A stretch of 49,765 nucleotides of DNA, from assembly GCF_001194135.2 (NCBI RefSeq), contig NC_068986.1, positions 42,871,092 to 42,920,856 on the forward strand, read 5' to 3'. The notes below the pieces were generated by a model. It saw nothing but the letters and a program-made list of their open reading frames with translations, made no database searches and had not been told where the DNA came from. This document shows, piece after piece, positions 40,734-48,757 of this stretch. This DNA is from Octopus bimaculoides. Lineage: Eukaryota. The position numbers and the translations under genes are program-made. Every line of letters begins with the position of its first letter. The stretch's first letter is position 1.

Positions 40734-43700
40734 TAGATAGATAGATATCTTTTTATTATAGCCACACAGGGCTAAATACAGAAAATGGACAAAATANNNN
40801 NNNNNNNNNNNNNNNNNNNNNNNNNNNNNNNNNNNNNNNNNNNNNNNNNNNNNNNNNNNNNNNNNNNNNNNNNNNNNNNNNNNNNNNNNNNNNNNNNNNN
40901 NNNNNNNNNNNNNNNNNNNNNNNNNNNNNNNNNNNNNNNNNNNNNNNNNNNNNNNNNNNNNNNNNNNNNNNNNNNNNNNNNNNNNNNNNNNNNNNNNNNN
41001 NNNNNNNNNNNNNNNNNNNNNNNNNNNNNNNNNNNNNNNNNNNNNNNNNNNNNNNNNNNNNNNNNNNNNNNNNNNNNNNNNNNNNNNNNNNNNNNNNNNN
41101 NNNNNNNNNNNNNNNNNNNNNNNNNNNNNNNNNNNNNNNNNNNNNNNNNNNNNNNNNNNNNNNNNNNNNNNNNNNNNNNNNNNNNNNNNNNNNNNNNNNN
41201 NNNNNNNNNNTATTGAAACTTTCATTCGACAACACTTTCCTCTCTATCCTCATCCTCCTTTTCAAGTGGTACTTGAAAAAGTTGACGAGGGACTGACCAG
41301 AGAGGAAAGTGTTTGTTTGTAAACCTTTCAAACGCGTCCAACACACGCATTCTTTCGACATAGCTATCAGTGTTACGAAAACCGTTTTTCCTTCCCGTTT
41401 AAAGGAAGGTGGCGGAACAATATTCCCGATAGACTCGGCTGATAAGTGGGCTCGTCCCACACGCGACAACAGCCGTTTGACGAAGGTCCACAGCTCTGAA
41501 ATATCTGGACACTGCACGAGTGCGTGCAGAACAGTTTCATCGCTCTGACCGCATCCCTGGCAGGTCGGTCCGGTGGTTTTCGAAGCGTGTCTGTAGATCT
41601 TCTCTCGAACTGGTAGTGCATCCCGATAGCATTGCCAAGCTAGGGATCTCTGGAAATTATCCATAGGCCTCTTCACACAATCCACAGAAATATATTCCAA
41701 ACCGATATCCTTAAGATGATTAATATCTTAAAATTTTCTAAACACAAATCTTCGTTTTAAAAATAGCTTTCAAAAACCATCAAAAGGATTACCTTATCAC
41801 CCAAAATGCACGTCTTCTCTGACAAAATTGAAAACCTGAACTCACTTATCATCGAGGAATACACTGGATTGGATTTATTGGGAAGGAACTACAGAGATCC
41901 TATCGGATAGCCCCACCGTCAGCCCTAGATGCCATCAACATCAGTCAATATAAGCTAGTAAACATACTCGAAGTCGACGATCGCACGGGAGCCCTACAAC
42001 CCAAGAGCCCCACACTTCAACCTTAAGGACCATAAATCAGACTTCATAACCAAATCCTCTATAAGGCTCATCTGCCCTACCAAATCTGACTTAGGAGGAA
42101 TCAGTAAAAATATATAAGATAGAATTGTACCCTCAGAAATAAATTAAACGTAAACTTGTGGTCTTGCACAGGTGAAGTGATTACCTGAGTTCACCGGCGC
42201 TTCTTACAGATATAAGCTAATGAAATTGATTACATGATTCTATTATGCTCTACACGTCTCTAATACTTTACTCTCAAGCATATGTATACTGAGTTCCCAT
42301 ACCTGGTTATTAATATCTGTTTACTTCAGAGATAGACATGACAGAATTAAATAGGCACCACATAAAACATCGTTTTATGTTTATTCTAACTTTTAAAGGT
42401 TTACATTGTTTATTAATTGATATTTTTATGTTTCGGGTCCTATATGTGACTGTTTAACCATGCCATGTACAAAAGAAGCCTTGGAACTCTCTGAATTTCA
42501 AAGAGGCTGTATTGTGGGTCATTATGAAGGTGGACATAGCGTAAAATCGCAAAAAGCCTTGGGATCTCGCTTTCTACAGTTAATACGGTGATTGTGCAAA
42601 TCACCAGAGAGGGAAAGGAATCCATATTACCTCACCCAGGTCAACCAGGGCCCTGTGACAAGACCCTTCTCTTTGCTAAGAGAAGTGTGAAGAATAATCC
42701 TCGATTCAAGGCCTCTGACATAGCAAAATAAGTTGACGTCAGTCCCCGAACAGCTGTCAGGTATTTCCACAAATTTGGTTACTATGGCAGAGCAGCAAGA
42801 AGGAGGCTACTTCTTCGACCGGCCAACATCAAGTAGAGAAAAGATTGGGCCAGTGAGACGGTGGAGATGTCACTAGCATTTTAGACACTTTATTTATGGA
42901 AGATGGGGCTCCTTGTCACATGGCTAAAATAACCCAGTATTTGTTGAATGAAAATAGCATTTAAAAGCTTCCATGTCCAAGCTAGTCACCTGATATGAAC
43001 CCTATTGAACACCTCTGGGACATAATGGACAGGACACCTCATAAAAAGAACAAGAAAGCATCTTCAAAGGAGTCTTAGATATTTAACCTCCCCTCCAAGG
43101 ACAATAAACTCCAAAGGACAATTACCCTTTCTACTGGAGGCACAACGCCTCACATTTGTGGGGTGGGGACTAGTCGATTATATTGACCCCAGTGTTTCAC
43201 TGGTACTTAATTTATCGACCCCGAAAGGATGAAAAGTAAAGTCAACCTCAGCGGAATTTGAACTCAGAACGTAACGACAGGCGAAATACCGCTAAGCATT
43301 TCGTCCAGCGTGCTAACGATTCTGCCCGCTCACCACCCCCTAGGACTCCTAAGCAGTTAACCTCCAATGTGTACTGTATTTTCCGGTGTATAAGCTGCTA
43401 TTTTTTTACCTGGGAAACTTAGTGTGTGGCTTAGAGAAAGATGCGCCTAATGTGTGTATTTTTTATAAGTTTCGGGAGGAAAATAATTTGTGTATGGAGA
43501 TCGAATGATTCCACAGATTGTTTTTCAGAGGAATGGTCGGTCGGTGAACAACGTGAAAACTATTGGTACAGTACACTGGAGCCCAGAAGAAAACAAAGCA
43601 TATTTGTTTTGCTTTACCTTCGTGTTTTGATAATGCTATTTTTAATCTAATAAAGACTTTAATATTGACGAAATGTGTTTGTTGTTGATTATAGTAAAAA

Positions 43701-44977
43701 AAAAATCGTAATAATAACAAAAAATCTCATAGTTGTAAAATAAGGCATTTTGAGCTTTTGTTCCTACTTGTGATGTTGAAAATACTCTTGAAGCCCAATG
43801 TGAAATACTGCTGCCAGAAACATATTTACTTCTTTACTTCTGTTAAGTTTGTGTGTGTATATGTATATGTATATATATATATATACACGCACACACGCAT
43901 ATATTTGCGTATGTGTGAATGTATGTATGAATTCACAGGCATATATCTTTCCATTTAACATAGCATGTTGAATCTCACATATTAAATCTCACTGCATATA
44001 ATGTTTGCACTATGTAAAATATATTATTGTTGCAATAATACATAGACACACACACTTACGTGCCCCCCCCCCACACAGACGCACACACCNNNNNNNNNNA
44101 CACACACATAGATATGCACGCACACGCTCACACGCACGCACAATATGTAATTTATATATACAAGCTACAAGCCAAAAACGGTATCCTTGCAACCAGCCAA
44201 TTAGCGTAATGAACAAATGTTAATGTGGACACACGCTGTGTGCATATATCTGATAGGCCCATGGAAGACAAGGACGTTAGTGTGCTGTGTATTGGGTATT
44301 GCTTTTTTTTTATGAATTTTGTAAGAGAAATAGTACAACACGTGCAAAGGAAAACACACTGCATATGCTGATAGTGTGAGTGTTCGGAAACAAACAAAAT
44401 TTTGAAAAACGGCGATTTCGTTCTTTGGATGGATATTGATCAGGAAACGAACTATTCTCATTCTAATGATGCAGTAAAAACAGCAAGTGAAGAGGATGCG
44501 CGTCAAAGGATCTGGATTATCCGGTAGGTTTCGTAAACTTGAGCTCACTGTGTAAGATCACGTCAAGAAGACTGGAAACGTGTACAGAGAAGGGAAGTGC
44601 CCCCTGTGAAGTCTTCGTGAGAATAAGCTGTGCATGCAACAATTTGCAGCAACAAACGATAAATTCATTAGGCTAGGTGCTCTACTTCACCCTTCTTACT
44701 AACCAGACCAAACACCATCTGAGTTTTACTTATTCGGGTCATTTGAATCCTTTACCACCGAAAAAAAGAAACACATTCAAAAGCAGGGACGTTGTCGAAA
44801 CGTCACTTCAACTATTTCTATCTTTTAGCCTGAGGAATCAGAAAATTGCTTTGAAGTGGGAAAATGTTATCACTAATGATGGAACTTATATATTAAGAAT
44901 GAATAAATGTATTTACGTTGTTTTATGTACACTTGAAATCATCTCATGAAATGTGACATCATTTTACGGCACCCTTA

Positions 44978-45010
<33 letters not shown>

Positions 45011-46406
45011 TGTATGTATGTATGTATGTATGTATGTATGTACGGGGTGGTATCGAAAAGTTACCGAACTAGTTCTGTAGCACGCCAAAGGATAGTAGTG
45101 CAAGGTTGCGTGCACACCGAGAGCTAGCAGTGCCGAGCGACATCGTTGTGTTTTCTTCTGAAGTTGTGAAAGGTGTGTTTTTGTGATCATGTGTATGTTG
45201 TAGTCAGCGATTTTTTCATGGACACGGAGATGGAACATAGAGTCAACGTGAAATTTTGCATTAAACTTGAGAAGTCTGCTATAGAGACAATGAGGATGCT
45301 TCAGCAAGCTTACGGCGACGAGACAATGGGTCGTACACAATGTTTCGTGTGGCACAGGCTCTTCGAAAGCAGAACATCCTTGGAAGACGATGAGCGATCT
45401 GGAAGACTTACCACGAGCGTCACCCTCGGAAATGTGGAGGAAATTCATCATGCGCATGAGGATCGTTGGAGGACAATCAACGACTTTGCTGATGTTGTTA
45501 GTCTGTCGTATGGGTCTGTGTAGGCAATCCTAGAGTCTGGATTGAACATGCGGCGTGACTCTGCCAAGTTTGTCCTCCACCTGCTGACCACTAAGCAGAA
45601 AGAACATTGCGTCGAAGTCTGTCAAGATCTCTGTCAGTGTGCCACTGATATCGAGGATCATCACCGGTAACGAAAATTGGGTCTACGGATACGTCCTCGA
45701 GATGAAGCAGCAGTTGTTACAATGGAAGAGCTCTTTATTTCCACGACTGAAGGAGGCACAACAGAGCTGTAGTTCCATCAAGCGCATGCTCATCGTATAA
45801 TTTTTTTTTAATCCGCGGTATTGTGCATCAAGAATGGAGAATTCATACCCTGGGGTTAGATTGTCAATCGAGAGTTCTCCTGTCATCTCTGAAGAGTATT
45901 TGGTGAAAGTAAGTGGATCTGTAGAACGCGAAGAATTCGATTCTTCACGACGACAATGCACTCTGCCACCGAGCTCCCCTCACTAAAAAACGATATGGTA
46001 TCGCTTTCGCACCTGCCTTATACACAAGTTTTAACACCTGTAGACATCCATCCCTTCTCCGAAATGAAAAGGCAGCTCAAAGGTCGCTGTTCGAAAACCG
46101 TTGTGAAGGTCTGATTTCAAAAGTGACAGGAACGCTGAGACAGGTGTATTGCTGCGAAAGGTAACTATTTCGATGGAGATGATGTTAAAACTTATGTAAA
46201 TAAGTTATTTTTATTTTTTATTAAACATAACTACTCAGGGAATCTTTTGATACAATCTCGAACGTATGCATTTTTTTGTATATACGTATGCATGCACACC
46301 CACAGAAAATGAATGCAGATATGCGACGTTTCTGTGGCCCAGTTATTATTGTATCCCGTCAAATTTATTTGTTTATTTCACCATGGTTTTGTACAATAAA
46401 TTTCTA

Positions 46407-46489
<83 letters not shown>

Positions 46490-47671
46490 NNNNNNNNNNT
46501 AAATATATTGTACACTTCATACAGCATTAAGAGCTTTTAAGTCTTATTTCTTGCAGTATAGGCACTTCGGCACCCGTAGACCCTTAGTCACAATTTGCGA
46601 CGATAAAATATTTTCGCACACACACACACACACACACACATGAAACTGTTGCGACATTTATATTATATCTATATTATATCTATTTTTCTTGTAGATCAAA
46701 TTGTAATAGCATATCCGCCGATTAATACAGAAGTAATTTTTAATGAAACAGCTTTTATGCAATGTGATGTATCACATCCATATTTTGTCGATCTTGTATT
46801 TCATTGGTTATTTAATGGAAAGCCATTAAATCTGGAGAACAACCCACACTATTCTACGGTAAGTACTTGACATGTAAAAGAATTTTCATTCTTGTGTTTG
46901 TTACAAAATGTATGAAATATTTATGAAAGCACGTTAGCAAAAGTTTAAACAATACTTCACTTTCAATAACTTAGACTTAAGTATTATTTTCATCGAATTT
47001 ATCACGAAAACGATCATGCAATAGAAATTGCATATTGAAACATTAGAAAAATATATCACCATTTTATCTGTTTGAAGGGTAGTTAGGAAATTCGAAAGAA
47101 ATTTGACATTGTATTATACGAGCGGAGGACTGAAATAATGGGTAGACTGACAACCAAATTGTATTGAGGTATTTAGATCAAACCTTGAATTTGCCTTTGA
47201 TCTCTTCAGGATTAACCCATTAAGTCCCATTGTCCTATAAATAGGACACTAAATGAAAACATTAAATAAGCTATATCATATTGTCTGAGTGTCGTATTTA
47301 TAGGACACGGAGTATTTCCATTTCTACTTGAAGTAAAGGAGTTTTAATTATTTTTTTCGTTTTAAACTATTTTCAATCATCTGTAAACATTTAAAAGTAA
47401 TATTGAGAAATTTAAGTACTCTATTGGTGATAGAGTGTTAATGATTGAAGGTAATGTAGATTGAAGGTAATGTAGATTGAAGGAATTGATTTCATTTCTG
47501 CATACATTTTACATGAATTATTTTATTTTATTTTATTTCAGTCGGAAGTCTATGGACATTTAAGAGGCTTATACATACGTGATGCAAAAGTTTACCAACA
47601 AGGCCTGTATGAATGCATTGCCATAACACCCACCCATGAAGTGTCAGCAGGAGCATATTTATCTGTGAAAG
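3161..47671 (+). CDS. CNTN: Contactin-like Ig-superfamily neural cell adhesion protein, partial gene (9 exons, Ig1 C-half to Ig6; 5' end and FN3/GPI region outside window)
   Basis: Manually spliced exons 3161-3320, 7118-7213, 8669-8902, 18997-19117, 19821-20005, 30071-30343, 33966-34262, 46695-46858, 47542-47671 give 553 codons with no stop. End phases are 1,1,1,2,1,1,1,0,1 and all are compatible. Six Ig-type C..W..D/ExGxYxC modules. Contactin-like segments include [91 protein letters not shown] and LLTNGNLFL. Family assignment is from recalled similarity to contactins. Confidence 0.88.
3395..3465. repeat. (TG)n microsatellite
   Basis: Read directly from the sequence. Confidence 0.95.
3776..4345 (+). 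mobile_element. pogo/Tigger (TIGD1-like, CENP-B HTH) transposase remnant, truncated before the DDE domain
   Basis: MNPK...[10 protein letters not shown]...[20 protein letters not shown]...[32 protein letters not shown]...[30 protein letters not shown]...EGYIVQQV. At least three in-frame stops. Confidence 0.85.
7118..7213 (+). CDS. CNTN: Contactin-like exon B (Ig2 N-part): (T)[31 protein letters not shown]
   Basis: Acceptor TTTATTATAG|, donor C|GTAAGT, 96 nt, phase 1-1. Carries the first Cys of Ig2. Confidence 0.88.
7500..8480. mobile_element. Probable non-autonomous element containing an internal ~65-bp diverged direct repeat and a TTAGGG-like array
   Basis: Direct repeats at 7762-7827 and 7986-8050 (ACTGC.GT.GTTTGT.AACAA...GGCGGT.TA.ATTT..TTTGTCACTGTTATTT.TGA), followed by a telomere-like array. 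Boundaries and class (Helitron/HINE-like) are inferred only. Confidence 0.35.
8082..8163 (+). repeat. Interstitial telomere-like (TTAGGG)-variant array with a ~20-bp higher-order unit GGGTTTTAGGGTTAGGGATA
   Basis: Read directly from the sequence. Confidence 0.85.
8669..8902 (+). CDS. CNTN: Contactin-like exon C (Ig2 C-part): (R)[77 protein letters not shown]
   Basis: Acceptor CACAAAAG| (AAG), donor T|GTAAGT at 8903, 234 nt, phase 1-1. YQW and DFGVYRC motifs. Confidence 0.88.
9181..9395 (-). mobile_element. tRNA-derived SINE type A
   Basis: Same sequence family as 2750-2959. Confidence 0.85.
11100..11720 (-). mobile_element. Highly decayed RTE-clade LINE 3' portion
   Basis: Minus-strand pieces [18 protein letters not shown] and [26 protein letters not shown] resemble RTE C-terminal motifs (LEQFHQRCLRRIL; ELKKGKR...RFKD). 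Very diverged. Confidence 0.4.
12805..12935. repeat. (GA)n and purine-rich tract
   Basis: Read directly from the sequence. Confidence 0.9.
13013..13845 (+). mobile_element. tRNA-derived SINE type B (head 13013-13175, tail 13600-13845), interrupted in its microsatellite by a foldback insertion
   Basis: Head GTGGCTGTGTGATAAGAAGCTTAC...GGTTCCGGATTCAGTCCCACTG...GACCAAAGCCTTGTGAG...GGAAACTGAAAGAAGCCCG, then (TA)n. Tail GACAACCGATG...GAATAAGTACTAG...GCGGTGCTCCAGCATAGCCGCAGTCAAATGA. Related copies at 33338, 40040 and 49470. Confidence 0.8.
13313..13563. mobile_element. Foldback/MITE-like palindromic element with ~90-bp imperfect inverted arms and flanking direct repeat
   Basis: 13322-13410 is an imperfect reverse complement of 13455-13542. 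Centre ATCACCGGTGAT (13426-13437). GTCACTACA occurs at 13313-13321 and 13555-13563. Confidence 0.75.
14150..16560 (-). mobile_element. hAT-superfamily (ZMYM1-like) transposase fossil spanning an assembly gap
   Basis: Minus-strand pieces [76 protein letters not shown] and PNLWVAL...[19 protein letters not shown] (the hAT dimerisation ERSFSKLKLIK motif). Many frameshifts and stops. Confidence 0.75.
14914..14975. repeat. 62-bp insertion forming a perfect 23-bp hairpin, flanked by 8-bp direct repeat TTAGACTA
   Basis: TTGACATGCCGATGCCCCACCTC (14919-14941), loop CGATGAT, GAGGTGGGGCATCGGCATGTCAA (14949-14971). TTAGACTA at 14906-14913 and 14976-14983. Confidence 0.9.
18025..18240. mobile_element. 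Mariner-type MITE (216 bp) with TA target duplication
   Basis: Left TA|CGAGGGCGTGTTGAAAAGTTTCTAGCTTT. The reverse complement of the right end is TA|CAAGGGGATGCTGAAAAGTTCCTGGTTTT. Confidence 0.8.
18997..19117 (+). CDS. CNTN: Contactin-like exon D (Ig3 N-part): (S)[40 protein letters not shown]
   Basis: Acceptor TCTTTTACAG|, donor GC|GTATGT at 19118 (phase 2). A weaker in-frame donor GG|GTCTCA lies at 19103. VRLECFA motif. Confidence 0.85.
19821..20005 (+). CDS. CNTN: Contactin-like exon E (Ig3 C-part): [61 protein letters not shown]
   Basis: Acceptor TTTTATACAG|, donor G|GTAAGT at 20006, phase 2-1. Overlaps ORF 19828..20013. NEGIYRC motif. Confidence 0.92.
20755..20812. repeat. (TATC)n microsatellite next to a gap
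   Basis: Read directly from the sequence. Confidence 0.9.
23850..24640 (+). mobile_element. RTE-clade LINE reverse transcriptase remnant (copy 1)
   Basis: [71 protein letters not shown] matches the RTE pattern GKILARILLNRL...PESQCGFRKGRGTIDMIF..RQLQEKC.EQN..L...FVDLTKAFDTVSR..LW. Confidence 0.75.
24695..25238 (+). mobile_element. RTE-clade LINE reverse transcriptase remnant (copy 2)
   Basis: [26 protein letters not shown]...[10 protein letters not shown]...[12 protein letters not shown]...[24 protein letters not shown] (LFADD equivalent). Confidence 0.75.
25979..28256. mobile_element. Penelope-like element cassette: inverted ~330-350-bp terminal repeats enclosing a GIY-YIG endonuclease remnant and RT traces
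   Basis: Arms 25979-26330 and 27930-28256 are reverse complements (one ~45-nt indel), with a partial tandem copy at 27640-27800. 26359-26825 (+) reads ...[12 protein letters not shown]...[41 protein letters not shown]...FKIFPFYK. About 27330-27370 reads [10 protein letters not shown] (PLE RT GTKMAP.YANL-like). Confidence 0.8.
29681..29895 (+). mobile_element. tRNA-derived SINE type A (sense orientation)
   Basis: GGCAGTGAACTGGCTGGCAGAATCGTGAGCATGCTGGATGAAATGCTTAGCGGCATTTCG...GAGGTCGACTTTGCC...GAGGTCGATAAAAT. Opposite orientation to the other three copies. Confidence 0.85.
30071..30343 (+). CDS. CNTN: Contactin-like exon F (complete Ig4): (A)[39 protein letters not shown]...[25 protein letters not shown]
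   Basis: Acceptor TGTTTTACAG|, donor G|GTAAGA at 30344, 273 nt, phase 1-1. Inside ORF 30058..30402. Confidence 0.95.
30900..31215 (-). mobile_element. RTE-like LINE 3' end
   Basis: ORF 30944..31213 contains [25 protein letters not shown], similar to the RTE C-terminal ILQGKVEGKR.RGRP.K.WLDNI. Confidence 0.55.
32250..33330 (-). mobile_element. pogo/Fot1-like (DDE_1) transposase fossil
   Basis: Minus-strand pieces [31 protein letters not shown] (WNxDETG), [22 protein letters not shown] (LLILDNHSSH), [12 protein letters not shown] / [19 protein letters not shown] (HTSHxLQPLD), and C-terminal [18 protein letters not shown]. Confidence 0.75.
33338..33492 (-). mobile_element. tRNA-derived SINE type B head
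   Basis: Reverse complement GTGGCTGAATGGTAAATAAGTTTGCTTCGCGATCATGAGTTCTTGAGTTCGATCCCACTGGGTAGTACCTTTGGCAAGTG, with A/B-box-like motifs. Confidence 0.75.
33966..34262 (+). CDS. CNTN: Contactin-like exon G (complete Ig5): (A)[42 protein letters not shown]...[26 protein letters not shown]
   Basis: Acceptor ATTTTTCCAG|, donor G|GTGAGT at 34263, 297 nt, phase 1-1. Overlaps ORF 34007..34345. Confidence 0.95.
34625..34783. repeat. (TTC)45 uninterrupted microsatellite plus short (CTG)/(TTC) tail
   Basis: Pure TTC 34625-34759, read directly. Confidence 0.95.
35700..37720 (-). mobile_element. R4/Dong-like non-LTR retrotransposon, N-terminal ORF part (RT core and RLE missing)
   Basis: Minus ORFs 36635..37138 ([10 protein letters not shown]...[19 protein letters not shown]), 36396..36617 ([12 protein letters not shown]...[10 protein letters not shown]) and 35529..36287 ([14 protein letters not shown]...EFWKKIW...ADWI...[15 protein letters not shown]...[24 protein letters not shown]) match the R4-clade pre-RT region from memory. 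Confidence 0.75.
38005..38160 (+). mobile_element. tRNA-derived SINE type C (CORE-like TGTGTTCTTGAGCAAAACACTT)
   Basis: GGGGCACGGCCTAGTTATGAAGGTGTTGCACTCACGATCGCGAGATCGTGGTTTCAATCCC (A/B boxes), followed by the CORE-like motif. Confidence 0.65.
40040..40353 (-). mobile_element. SINE type B body and tail
   Basis: Reverse complement of the 13100-13175 and 13600-13845 segments (ACAAGGCTTTGGTCG, CATCGGTTGTCAAGC, CTAGTACTTATT, CCATACTGGAGAACC). Confidence 0.75.
40384..40693 (-). mobile_element. Penelope pLTR-like repeat carrying a hammerhead-like motif
   Basis: Minus strand TTT-CTGTGGAA-GAGC-GTAG-GCTC-GAAACGTT...AACGTT-AAA. The xxxGAAACGT context matches the other PLE ends in this window. PLE assignment is inferred. 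Confidence 0.5.
40450..40509 (-). ncRNA. Degenerate type I (minimal) hammerhead ribozyme-like fold
   Basis: Stem I TTT/AAA (3 bp). Core CUG[U]GGA(A) versus canonical CUGANGA. Stem II GAGC-GUAG-GCUC. GAAA. Stem III ACGUU/AACGU. NUH triplet GUU. Two deviations from consensus (A6->U, H17=U). Confidence 0.5.
41211..41700 (-). mobile_element. L1/Tx1-clade LINE ORF2 C-terminal cysteine-rich (zf-RVT-like) fragment
   Basis: [23 protein letters not shown]...[26 protein letters not shown] (CxxC...ETxxHxxxxC). Confidence 0.85.
41780..42140 (+). mobile_element. Penelope-like RT N-terminal fragment
   Basis: About 42000-42130 reads [42 protein letters not shown], matching the PLE motif LKDHK.NF...P..RLINP.KS.LG.ISK.ILD. 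Confidence 0.7.
42460..43080 (+). mobile_element. Tc1-family transposase remnant with internal deletion
   Basis: [20 protein letters not shown]...[12 protein letters not shown]...[13 protein letters not shown]...[17 protein letters not shown]...KDWA, then FMEDGAPCH...[12 protein letters not shown]. Confidence 0.85.
43128..43337 (-). mobile_element. tRNA-derived SINE type A
   Basis: Same family as 2750-2959 (CTGGTACTTAATTTATCGACCCCGAAAGGATGAAAAGTAAAGTCAACCTCAGCGGAATTTGAACTCAG). Confidence 0.85.
44980..45042. repeat. (ATGT)n microsatellite abutting the mariner element
   Basis: Read directly from the sequence. Confidence 0.95.
45043..46260 (+). mobile_element. Near full-length mariner element (~1.22 kb), inactivated
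   Basis: Diverged TIRs CGGGGTGGTATCGAAAAGTTACC / rc CGAGATTGTATCAAAAGATTCCC. ORF from ATG 45218: [24 protein letters not shown]...LEDDERSGR..., [52 protein letters not shown]. Stops and frameshifts present. Confidence 0.9.
46695..46858 (+). CDS. CNTN: Contactin-like exon H (Ig6 N-part): (D)[54 protein letters not shown]
   Basis: Acceptor TTTCTTGTAG|, donor ACG|GTAAGT at 46859, phase 1-0. Inside ORF 46640..46870. Confidence 0.92.
47212..47310. mobile_element. piggyBac-like terminus (TTAA|CCC) with palindromic subterminal repeats; solo end
   Basis: TTAACCCATTAAGTCCCAT-TGTCCTATAAATAGGACA...TGTCGTATTTATAGGACA. No matching GGG|TTAA end was found. Confidence 0.45.
47542..47671 (+). CDS. CNTN: Contactin-like exon I (Ig6 C-part): [43 protein letters not shown](G)
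   Basis: Acceptor TTTTATTTCAG|, donor G|GTAATT at 47672, phase 0-1. QGLYEC motif. Ends at the LxVxG boundary that precedes FN3-1 in contactins. Confidence 0.9.
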
Positions 47672-48254
47672 GTAATTTATATTTACAAAAGTTATTGATT
47701 TTGTTGCTGCTTTGAAGCTCCAGGTCAGCCTTGAACGAGTAGTCATATCATAAAAGGAATTTCAATCGGCGTTCTGTAAATTAGGGACAACTTTGTTTTG
47801 AGTAGAAGTCTCGTTTGAGGGAGATTCCATTTTTTTTAACACAGAAGGGAAGTGATTTTAGGAAAATTTGGACGCCATATCTAGCAGACAGGTAACCATA
47901 TTGTGACACCCTTGATTGTTATTTTTATCTGTGGCTTAAGCGAGAGGTAGCCAAAGTGTTTTTTAACCCATCGTTCAAATGCTTTCACGTACCAGCTTAA
48001 TCTGGGAGTTCTATCATTAGAAAACAAATATTTCACTTCGCTCGAAATTTCTAAATTCTTACCATATAAACAATATACAATTCTCGCTGCTAAGAACAAA
48101 GCTTCTAAAATTGATATGGAAGGATTGCTTCGATCAAATGGTAGAACGACTGTTATGTTTAAAGGAGGTAGATATAGGTTCGAGGTCCACGGGGAGCCTT
48201 CGATTCGTTTTTCTATCCCAAATATGTTCAGCATTCAAGTACACTTCCAAATAT

Positions 48255-48302
<48 letters not shown>

Positions 48303-48714
48303 NNNNNNNNNNNNNNNNNNNNNNNNNNNNNNNNNNNNNNNNNNNNNNNNNNNNNNNNNNNNNNNNNNNNNNNNNNNNNNNNNNNNNNNNNNNNNNNNNN
48401 NNNNNNNNNNNNNNNNNNNNNNNNNNNNNNNNNNNNNNNNNNNNNNNNNNNNNNNNNNNNNNNNNNNNNNNNNNNNNNNNNNNNNNNNNNNNNNNNNNNN
48501 NNNNNNNNNNNNNNNNNNNNNNNNNNNNNNNNNNNNNNNNNNNNNNNNNNNNNNNNNNNNNNNNNNNNNNNNNNNNNNNNNNNNNNNNNNNNNNNNNNNN
48601 NNNNNNNNNNNNNNNNNNNNNNNNNNNNNNNNNNNNNNNNNNNNNNNNNNNNNNNNNNNNNNNNNNNNNNNNNNNNNNNNNNNNNNNNNNNNNNNNNNNN
48701 NNNNNNNNNNNNNN

Positions 48715-48757
<43 letters not shown>

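Noticed and set aside
43370-43500. TACTGTATTTTCCGGTGTATAAG as a Tc2/pogo-type TIR
   Set aside because: No partner TIR found, so the element cannot be delimited.
44770-44810. GAC-GTT-GTC-GAAACGTC as another hammerhead
   Set aside because: No CUGANGA box upstream.
8903-46694. Dscam-like arrays of mutually exclusive Ig exons in the three 10-12 kb introns
   Set aside because: I found no additional Ig-motif exons by eye; the introns are largely explained by TEs. Sequence in the N gaps cannot be assessed.
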